Origin: Octopus vulgaris
Taxonomy: Eukaryota
NCBI GenBank assembly: GCA_951406725.2
Contig: OX597820.1
Span: forward strand, 52,948,001 to 53,012,000
DNA: 64,000 bases
Direction: 5' to 3'
Shown here: positions 1 through 8,985 of the stretch, in pieces
Numbering within the stretch: the stretch's first letter is position 1
How the letters are laid out: every line of letters starts with the position of its first letter
Notes under the pieces: generated by a model
Seen by the model: only the letters and a program-made list of their open reading frames with translations
What the model was told of the DNA's origin: nothing
The model's database searches: none
Translations under genes and position numbers: made by a program

Positions 1-123
1 TGAGGAAAAGATGACAGCTCAAGGAACTCTCAACCGGGTTTTTTTAAGCGCATCGAACAACAAGAACAGCCAGAGTCAGCTGTTGATGTTGACGATCCAC
101 AGCCATCTCCATCCGCAATGTAA
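1..123 (+). pseudogene. C-terminal relic of a pogo/Tigger-like DNA transposase (window edge)
   Basis: Frameshifted translation EEKMTAQGTLNR/FFKRIEQQEQPESAVDVDDPQPSPSAM* resembles the Tigger C-terminal QxTLDxFFK...PQPSTS pattern. Confidence 0.4.
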
Positions 124-420
124 ACTACCAAATTGCTTTTACGTATTGGTACATTTAAAATAATTTAGTTATTTGTTTTTACTATTGCAATATAATAATA
201 GTGAATTTGTTTTTTAAGCTTAAAAGAAGCTTTTATTTTACCATATCTTATTGAAAACGGCATTCATAAATAAAGTGTCCGCGATGTAGGGTAAACATCG
301 CCAAATTGCATTCGTAAATTTAGATTATATTTCTTTTACTATACAGTATTGAAAAATAAAAGTTATTTTTTGTAAACTTAAAATGGGTTTTATTAACCAT
401 GTATTATATTAACCTATTAT

Positions 421-749
421 GGCGCATGGCTCAGTGGTTAGAGCGTCGAGCTTACGATCGTGAGGTTGTGAGCTCGAATCCCGGACCGGGCTGCGTGTTG
501 TGTTCTTGAGCAAGGCACTTTATTTCACGTTGCTCCAGTTCACTCAGCTGTAGAAATGAGTTGCGACGTCACTGGTACCAAGCTGTATCGACCTTTGTCT
601 TTCCCTTGGATAACACTGGTGGCGTGGAGAGGGGAGGCTGGCATGCATGGGCGACTGCTGGTCTTCCATAAACAACCTTGCCCGGGCTTGTGTCTAGGAG
701 GGTAACTTTCTAGGTGCAATCCCATGGTCATTCATGACCGAAGGGGGTC
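421..749 (+). mobile_element. tRNA-derived CORE-type SINE (family A)
   Basis: A-box TGGCTCAGTGGT, B-box-like GCTCGAATCC, CORE-like GTGTTGTGTTCTTGAGCAAGGCACTT...CAGCTGTAGAAATG. The 3' body recurs at 13505-13712, and the element is followed by (ATT)n. Confidence 0.85.
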
Positions 750-757
750 AAACAAGA

Positions 758-862
<105 letters not shown>

Positions 863-889
863 ATAGATACACGCATTTGTTGACCGATG

Positions 890-1035
890 AGAATGAGCAT
901 TCAACATCGAATTGATGGATAAATTTTCTTTTTCTGTGTATTAAGAGCACCATTGGCTTCATGTTAAGAAAAAATATCTAAATATCTTAAAAGTCATTCT
1001 AGCCGACCACGTGGAGGAATGGTGTTTGTCTCCAT
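890..1035 (-). repeat. Dispersed repeat, homologous to 43309-43457, probably the terminal region of the adjacent PLE relic
   Basis: Shared blocks GAATGAG..CATCG..TTGRTGGATAAAT, CCATTGGYTTCATGTTAAGAA, ARTATCTTAA and CACRTGGAG. Confidence 0.6.
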
Positions 1036-1353
1036 TTTCGATAAATGCACAAAGTCTCGTGAGTTCACCGAGTTTCTCATAAAGAAAACAATAATATAAG
1101 GGGAGCTAGTCTTGGATGACATCTTTTGAGTGGTTATCTCCTTTCGATTTGACTTCTGAGATGGTAAATTTATTTGCATTATCGTATAATTTATTCTGGG
1201 TATATGTGATGTTTATCATGGGGGAATATTTCTTCTGTGTGTGAAGCTGGTGTGTTGTGAATATTAAATTTTCACACCCAGGGAAACAAGATATACTTGT
1301 CGGGTTAGCAGCGCAGGTGGTGGTTCTTCTTTGAATGGCCTAAGTGTGAAATA

Positions 1354-1547
1354 TTACTTTTGTCTGCAGAGAGAAAATATTTCATCCCTAATATTTAAGA
1401 TATCTGTTGATCGTATGATATTTAGCTTTTCAGTTATACTGAGTTCACATTTGCTACCTCGCCCTCTGTTTTGGCGTTAGCAATGATGTTCCATTTTATC
1501 TGGAGGTTACTTATTATCCCTTCTTTCAATGTCCATATCATAGTGGA
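1354..1547 (-). pseudogene. C-terminal GIY-YIG-region relic of a Penelope-like element
   Basis: Minus-strand translation with frameshift: STMIWTLKEGIISNLQIKWNIIANAK/GSKCELSITEKLNIIRSTDILNIRDEIFSLCRQK*. This matches the invertebrate PLE pattern IWxLK..IKWxI..CxLCxxEK..LNxRxE..CRH. Confidence 0.65.
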
Positions 1548-1559
1548 TACGGATGTTGC

Positions 1560-1614
1560 ATACGTTCTGAGTTCGAATTCCGCCGTGGTGGACTTTGCCT
1601 TTCATCCATTTGGG
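1560..1614 (+). mobile_element. Fragment of Meta-domain-type SINE (family M)
   Basis: TACGTTCTGAGTTCGAATTCCGCCG..GACTTTGCCTTTCATCC, matching the core of the many family M copies in the window. Confidence 0.8.
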
Positions 1615-2544
1615 ATCTTTTCAATTATATGTACAGATTAAGTTTTATTTTTTTTACTAAACACTTTCAAACTTCCTATACTGGTAGAATGTGTGACGTA
1701 GAACAGGGTTTACTCTTTAATGTTTTTGACAAAATTTTTCATTTTAGAAGTTATTTCGTCAGAAGTTACAAAGTGACAATGGACAAATTCGTGTTTGATA
1801 CACGAAACACTCAGCTTTTGACTTACTCTCTAACTTCTGCCGATAATATATATATACCTGGTCGCTCAAAACGCTTAAAAATAGCAGCCAAAGTATCCCC
1901 CTACCTAACTCACACGCCCATTGTATGTTATGTCCTAGATCATCACTAAATAGACGGTTTGCTGAAAGCTGGAATTTCTTTAATGATAGGTTTGCAGTAT
2001 CAAGGTTGATTTGCGGTTAAATAACAACAACATTATGGTAAATTTCTATATTAACACCTTCGCGATTTTCACTAAGAAAAAAAGAAACTTTTGATTTTTT
2101 GCGTGGAATCAAGTACCCTGACCTCCTAATATGCTGCAAATTTGTTATTGTGGTTCGGAAAAAATGAGGTGGTAGGGTTCCATCCCACCAATTCCGGAAT
2201 CATTGGAATTTTTTTTTCATTGAATGAAATCCTGTGACTTGCTAATATTGCAAAATTAGGTTATTGAAGGTGAGCCTGGCAACTGATGGTTTTGGGGCTT
2301 TGTTGTTTGTAACATTTGGTGAACAATGGTGCAATCAACAACATGGTAAAAATCCCTGCCATTAATTTGGTGTGGATTTGTAATATCAAATAATTCAATC
2401 ACAACATATATTTAAATCAAACATAAACAAATTGAAATATTATCTTTCAGTATTTTACAAGGTAAAATCTTAAATTATTAATTGACACATTATTAATTAT
2501 CTTATAACAACAATGCCTGGGAAAATCATGGATTATTTGGAAAA

Positions 2545-3037
2545 ATGCGAGCATGAAAAGTAATATTCTTAAGATTATAAACCTGGAAAATTACAGGACA
2601 AGTTATTACACCTGTAACAGTGTAGGACAATTTATTACTTCTAGTAATGTAAAGAATAAGAAACTTTTTACTTAAAATATTGCAGCTAAAATTAACATTT
2701 GAATATTAAAAGTTATTTTATTATAGTTTACAAATATCACTATACTTATTTATGCAGAACTTGGGTAATTTACTATCTTAAATACAGAAAAAAGTGACTA
2801 ATTAGACAAACTTACAAATTAGCTGAACAGTTTTGTACAATAAATTTAAAAGACGAGAACTGTAAAGAGTGATAAATTAGAACTGGCATTCTTTGCAGCA
2901 ATATTTTAAGTAAAAAAGTTTCTTATTCTTTACTTTATTAGAAGTAATAGCTTGTCCTATACTTTTACAGGTGTAATAAATTGTCCTGTACTTTTCGAGG
3001 TTTATAATCTTAAGAATATTACCTTTCATGCTCGCAT
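2545..3037. mobile_element. Foldback/MITE-like element with ~140-bp terminal inverted repeats
   Basis: 2545-~2686 (ATGCGAGCATGAAAAGTAATATTCTTAAGATTATAAACC...) is the reverse complement of ~2896-3037 (...GGTTTATAATCTTAAGAATATTACCTTTCATGCTCGCAT) with scattered mismatches. The AT-rich spacer is ~210 bp. Confidence 0.85.
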
Positions 3038-3051
3038 GTAATATATATATA

Positions 3052-3112
<61 letters not shown>

Positions 3113-3114
<2 letters not shown>

Positions 3115-3426
3115 TCTTATTATTTATATTGTGTTTGTGTAACACTGTCTGTTGTTTTTCGTCCTTGTTTTTGTATACAGTCGCTGCTTTCTTCAAAAGA
3201 ATCTAATGCTCTTAGCTTAGTTTTTCCTTGGAGCTGGCCAGATTGGAGCAATCTCAGGTATAGTCAGCTGAAATTGCGAAGATAAACTGGTACTTAACTG
3301 AGGAAAGAAGACTTCAAACGACCCGTCCATGTTTTCTTTGTATCGTCTATCTGGATGTTTTGTTGTCCCATTTTTGTATCACCTAACTATCCGGATGTTT
3401 TGCGTTTTGTTTCATTTTGTATTTTA
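3113..3426 (+). repeat. Microsatellite-flanked relic with degenerate hammerhead-like cores (possible decayed PLE pseudo-LTR)
   Basis: GCTGGC...GTCAGC-T-GAAA stem and CTGAGGA...AAAC..GTC motif. Similar wording occurs on the minus strand at 4850-4951. Confidence 0.3.
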
Positions 3427-3500
3427 TATATATATAGCGGTGTACGTACACTTTGGTCTCTCTCACCCTCTCTCTCTCTCCCTCCATATATATATATACA

Positions 3501-3553
<53 letters not shown>

Positions 3554-3849
3554 GGTTATCAGTAATAATATAGGGTGAAATTAATTAATTTGGAATAATC
3601 ATTAATTACACCAAGTAGATTTCGGCATGTAAAAGCCTCATTCGAGGTAAGTTTAAGTAATACTAAGTAATTAAGGGTTTAGCAACGAATTGCCTCACCA
3701 CACACCGAATTTAGAAATAGCAGTCAAAGAGTTATAGCTATTCTTTCTACTAAAAGGGAGATCTCAGTAAAAACACAGCACTTGAAAGGCAAACACAGAC
3801 AGGTAAGAGAGAATGAAATGCCGGCAATCTATCATACAATTTTAAGTCA

Positions 3850-3941
3850 CCTACGGACGTACGTTTCGAAATTAAGTTTTTAGGAAAGCATAAGAATTAG
3901 ATAATTATGTCTTACCCAACTTCTTTTCTCATCAGCGTAGG
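3850..3941 (-). ncRNA. Type I hammerhead ribozyme (copy 1)
   Basis: Reverse complement of 4501-4592: CCUACG-CUGAUGA-long stem II-GAAA-CGUACG-UC-CGUAGG. Confidence 0.85.
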
Positions 3942-4500
3942 ACACTACAATTATGAATAATTGTATATTAAATTTCGAGATACTAGAAGGCATCATCTCA
4001 ACTCAGTATCAGAGCGAGCTAAAGCCGTTACCAGTATCACCAAATTCAAAGTGTGAATGAAAGTTTGTGTCACCAACCCCTTCCCACCAGCGTGTAGCCA
4101 AGACAAGATGCTGTGGTCATTTACTGGGATGTGATTGCTATTTCTAAATTCGGTGTGTGGTGAGGCAATTCGTTGCTAAACCCTTAATTACTTAGTATTA
4201 CTTAAACTTTCCTCGAATGAGGCTTTTACATGCCGAAATCTACTTGGTGTAATTAATGATTATTCCAAATTAATTAATTTCACCCTATATTATTACTGAT
4301 AACCATATTTCATCCCAGTAAATGACCACAGCATCTTGTCTTGGCTACACGCTGGTGGGAAGGGGTTGGTGACACAAACTTTCATTCACACTTTGAATTT
4401 GGTGATACTGGTAACGGCTTTAGCTCGCTCTGATACTGAGTTGAGATGATGCCTTCTAGTATCTCGAAATTTAATATACAATTATTCATAATTGTAGTGT

Positions 4501-4592
4501 CCTACGCTGATGAGAAAAGAAGTTGGGTAAGACATAATTATCTAATTCTTATGCTTTCCTAAAAACTTAATTTCGAAACGTACGTCCGTAGG
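4501..4592 (+). ncRNA. Type I hammerhead ribozyme (copy 2)
   Basis: Stem I CCTACG(4501-4506)/CGTAGG(4587-4592); core CTGATGA(4507-4513); stem II GAAA..AAGTT...AACTT..TTTC(4514-4574); GAAA(4575-4578); minimal palindromic stem III ACGTACGT; GUC cleavage triplet ending at 4586. Confidence 0.85.
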
Positions 4593-4778
4593 TGACTTAA
4601 AATTGTATGATAGATTGCCGTCATTTCATTCTCTCTAACCTGTCTGTGTTTGCCTTTCAAGTGCTGTGTTTTTACTGAGATCTCCCTTTTAGTAGAAAGA
4701 ATAGCTATAACTCTTTGACTGCTATTTCTAAATTCGGTGTGTGGTGAGGCAATTCGTTGCTAAACCCTTAATTACTTA

Positions 4779-4782
<4 letters not shown>

Positions 4783-4842
<60 letters not shown>
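4783..4842. repeat. (TA)n microsatellite
   Basis: Directly visible. Its partner tract lies at 3487-3549. Confidence 0.95.
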
Positions 4843-4846
<4 letters not shown>

Positions 4847-4950
4847 GCATATATGGATACAGGACATAAAAAAAACAATGCGAAACGAGACAGGCAACAT
4901 AAGGAACATTGCCCTTCATCAGTTGTTCCCTGTTTCATCTACACCGCGTT

Positions 4951-4982
<32 letters not shown>

Positions 4983-5198
4983 CGAAGGGGGTGCTGAAAG
5001 GCTGCAGGTTCTAAGGGTGTCGTGAGAGGCCTCGTTAGAGTCCAAGCTTCCGAGTTCTCTTGCAAGGCTTAGAAAACTGAAGGACCGCTGCACTAAGCAT
5101 GTGAATTTGAGAGTGGATTATGTTGAATAAATTCATAATTAACTAATCCTCCTTTATTTTCTCTTACCCAAAGCCAGTAACTTTTCAGCACCCCTTCG
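4983..5198 (+). mobile_element. Mariner-derived MITE
   Basis: TA-CGAAGGGGGTGCTGAAAG...CTTTTCAGCACCCCTTCG-TA TIRs with TA target duplication. Internal GLRKLKDRCTKHVNLRVDYVE* is a mariner transposase C-terminus. Confidence 0.9.
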
Positions 5199-5626
5199 TA
5201 TATATACATGTACATACACACGCACTTGCGCATACATCCATACACTCATATCCACACACATGCACACACACACACACACACACACATACGCACATACGTA
5301 CATTTCCACACATATTTAGAATTATAGAGAGACGGGAAAACAAAATGGTGAGAGTGAGTGTGATGTGTATTTAAGTGTGCGGTGTTCTTTAGATCCATCG
5401 AATATTTGAAATCACAGCAGCCAAATTCTTTCTATGAATTAAACAAACGTGTCAACGTTTCTTGAAATCTTTCTCATATGAGCTATATATAGCTACAAAT
5501 ATTCTGTGAAATTTTTGCCTTGGAAAGGCAGATGTGAAAACATTTGTTCAACTCGTGTCACCATTGATTGTGTGGACACTTACCCAAGAGATCAGATTTA
5601 ATGAAGTACCCACACATAAACACAAC

Positions 5627-5701
<75 letters not shown>

Positions 5702-5882
5702 TATGCCTATGTTTGTATATGCTTGTTTTTTTTTGTTTTTTTTTGTATCTGTGTCCGCAGGCCAATGTATGTGTTTGAATGATTGTGCTTATTGGTGTGT
5801 ATACATCTATATAACTGCCTATGCCTTTCTCTCCTCGTAAGTATGTATATGTGTGTATGTCAATATATGCCTGTGTTTGTTC

Positions 5883-5914
<32 letters not shown>

Positions 5915-5958
5915 CACTGAATATGTGTTTATATATCTATATATGTGCACACACATAT

Positions 5959-6004
<46 letters not shown>

Positions 6005-6191
6005 TTGCGTATGATTATGTATGTATATAGGGGTGAATGTGTGATGTTTACTACAGACATATCAATGAATGTTTTCTCTCTCCATCAGCCATTTTATCTG
6101 AATACGTGACACTGATACGAAATCTTGTCATTGCTTATACATAACACACACAAGTAAAACTACCTACAACATCATCTTCACCACCACCACC

Positions 6192-6225
<34 letters not shown>

Positions 6226-6344
6226 TCATCATCATTATCTTCATTATATATTATCATCAACAACAACGGAACACTAGACTAACGCAAATAACAACCACAT
6301 AATCTTATTTTCTAGTTCAATCTAACCCACATAATAGTTTTGAA

Positions 6345-6384
<40 letters not shown>

Positions 6385-6734
6385 ATAGCTGTTTACAAGG
6401 AATTAATTAAAACTTCTATAAATAAGTACCATATGTCAGATATTTTATCTACATTCCGAGTCTATGACATGTACATTCACCCTATTTAAACTACATATCG
6501 TTGTATGTTATACACTTTAGCTGGCAAGGGAAAGATGTGGTTGATTATGTGATTATGTGGCAAGGTTCATATACTAATTGAATAAGTGTAATTAAAATAT
6601 TGCAAAATTATTAAATCACAGAATACTATTAGAACGGTAGGTCTCATTTCTAATGAAACTTTTTATTCGGTCTGGTCTGCTGTGTGAAATATTCAGCTCT
6701 GACATCCAATTCCTTTCTTGTATTTCTTTGTATA

Positions 6735-6895
6735 GGCTCAAGCATGGCTGTGTGACAAGAAATTTGCTTCCCAACCACATGGTTACAGGTTCAATCCCAC
6801 TGCGTGTCAACCTGGGCAAATGTCTTCTTTAGTCTCGGGCTGACCAAAGTCTTGTGAGTGGATTTGGTAGACAGAAACTGAAAGAAACACGTCGT
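6735..6895 (+). mobile_element. 5' half of composite tRNA/CORE SINE (family C)
   Basis: TGGCTGTGTG..GGTTCAATCCCACTGCGTG..CCTGGGCAAATGTCTTC..TTGTGAGTGGATTTGGTAGAC, ending in (TA)n like other family C copies. Confidence 0.85.
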
Positions 6896-6990
6896 GTATA
6901 TATATATATTCACGATATATATATATATATATATATGTGACCGCGTGTGTACCGTTGTCTTCCCTTCTCTGGATCTTTCTTTCTCCTATA

Positions 6991-7023
6991 TTTCCGACGA
7001 AGAGCTCCGCTCGAAACGTTAAA
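6991..7023 (+). ncRNA. Degenerate minimal hammerhead ribozyme within a TA-flanked PLE pseudo-LTR-like relic (~6940-7120)
   Basis: TTT-CCGACGA-AGAGC-TCC-GCTC-GAAA-CG-TTA-AA. One core substitution (CUGA to CCGA) and a palindromic AACGTT stem III. Confidence 0.6.
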
Positions 7024-8067
7024 CCCTCATTATTTCCTTCTTTCCTGAGCGTCCAATAATACTATATTTGTTCCACGTCCTCGCGTTGTGTTTTTTTGTG
7101 ATTTCATGTTTGGATTAACTATATATATATATATATACATACATACATATTATTGTATTTCGGTATGGTCTTTTCTTTTTGTATTTTGCCAAATGATCAC
7201 ATGCTCTGTAGAAAAATAGAATGGACTACGCGGAGTAAGAGCACACACGAAGACAGAAAGTGTCGCTGAAGAGTTCACAGATGTGTGATGAAAGATTTCC
7301 GGACAATGGACATGAGTTAAAATAAGAACAGTAATAAACGATTGAAGAACGAATATATAGTGCGTGTGCTTATTTAGCAAAAAGAAAAAAAACAATAAAC
7401 TATCCCGAAATACAACAATATCTGTTTCAACACACGGTTTCACATCAGGCATCTTGCAGCACTAATTCGTAAACGTGTGTGTGTGTGTGTGTGTAATATC
7501 AGCAAAAATTGTATCGCCGCTTCTTAATTGGATCGCGTAGTGTTTACGTGAGTTGTGTTGGACTGGTTATTTCACAGAATTGCCACACAAAATGTTGATC
7601 TTCAACATCACCATTTTATTTACGATTGAAACAAGTTTTTGTAGGTCAGGGATGTAATATTTCTGTAGGCAGCAGTAAATTCCTCCCCAACCCATCGCCA
7701 TCATTTTTTCGTTGTATACTGTGTGAAATATACTGACCCTAAATAATGCACACACATTCATATACAACATATATGTGTAGCTACGTCAATGTATACATAG
7801 AGATACATGATAGCTCCTACGACTTGTATAAATAACAGATATGTTGTATACTGTACTTATACTTGCACGATAGTAAAGTTTTATTTATAAATATTCTCTT
7901 TCTCATTGATTAAAGACATGAACATCGTTTGAGCAGCTGGTCTTCACTATATAACAATTATTTTGTGTTACCAACATTTATATCTGGTATGATTTGTGTA
8001 TCGTAGAAGGTCTGATGGAAACGTTCAAAATAATATTTCTCGTGTAAAATGCATGTATGTACTCATT

Positions 8068-8985
8068 AGCAAAGCCACGAGCTGGGAGAGTCGTTAGCAC
8101 GTCGGGCAAAATACTTAGCGATATTTCATCCGTCTTTACGTTCTGAGTTCAAATTCCGCCGAGGTCCACGTTCCCTTCATCCTTTCGGGGTCGATAAAAA
8201 AAGTACCAGTTGCGTACTGGTGTCGATCAAATCTACTGCCCTCCTCCCCACAAATTTCGGTCCTTTTGCCTAGAGTAGAAAAGAATATTTAGGCGGTGAG
8301 CTGGCAAAAACGTTAGCACGCCGGGCGAAATGCTTAGGGGCATTTCGTCTGTCTTTACGTTCTGAGTTCAAATTCTGCCGCGGTCGACTTTGCCTTTCAC
8401 CATTTGGGGATTGATAAATTAAGTACTAGTTGCGTACAGGGTCGATCTGATAGACTGGGCCCCCTCCCCCAAAATTTCGGGCTTTGTTCCTAGAGTAGAA
8501 AAGAATATCTAATGTGGATCACAAGACGGCGAGCTCGCAGAATCGTTAGCATGTCGGGCAAAATACTTAGCGGCATTTCGTCCGCCTTTACGTTCTGAGT
8601 CCAAATTCCACCGAGGTCCAGTTTACTTTTCATCCATTCGGGGTCGATGAAATACGTACCAGTCAAGCATTGGAGTCGCTGCAATGGATTTACCTCCTCT
8701 CTCGTAATTGCTGGTCTTGTGCCAAACTATGAAATCAATATTAACACCCATAATATTGCAGGTCAAAAGGCGACGAGCTAACGGGTCAAAATGCGGCGAG
8801 CTGGCAGGTCACAAGGCGGCGAGCTGACAGAGTCGTTAGCGGTATTTCGTCCGTCTATACGTTCTATGTTCAAATTCCGCCGAGGTCAGCTTTACCTTTC
8901 ATCATTTCGGGGTCAATAAAATAATTTCTAGTTGAGCATTGGGGTCGATGTAACTGACTTACCCACTACCCCGAACTTGCTGAAA
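8068..8985 (+). mobile_element. Cluster of four family M SINEs in tandem
   Basis: Repeated GAGCTGGCA..CGTTAGCACG..GTTCTGAGTTCAAATTCCGCCGAGGTC..TTCATCC.TT.GGGGTCGATAAA..AAGTAC, starting near 8070, 8291, 8525 and 8815. Confidence 0.9.

Larger units (their letters stand above)
3550..4782. mobile_element. Non-autonomous hammerhead-bearing retroelement (retrozyme / PLE pseudo-LTR-like), two divergent permuted copies of a 584-nt unit
   Basis: 3550-4131 is a minus-strand monomer. 4132-4782 is ~1.1 plus-strand monomers with a direct repeat at 4132 and 4716. The copies are ~99% identical, flanked by (TA)n on both sides, and contain no ORF of 60 aa or more. Confidence 0.85.

Noticed and set aside
421-495. 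tRNA gene-like sequences (also 53160-53229, 56965-57039, 58205-58277)
   Set aside because: A/B boxes are present, but the cloverleafs are imperfect and each continues into a SINE body, one with a TSD.
1040-1090. Hammerhead-like spacing on the minus strand downstream of the PLE relic
   Set aside because: Both core boxes are mutated (CTTTATGA, GAGAC), so it is not distinguishable from chance.
7150-7452. 100-aa minus-strand ORF
   Set aside because: No recognisable domain, low-complexity F/L run, and no supporting splice context.
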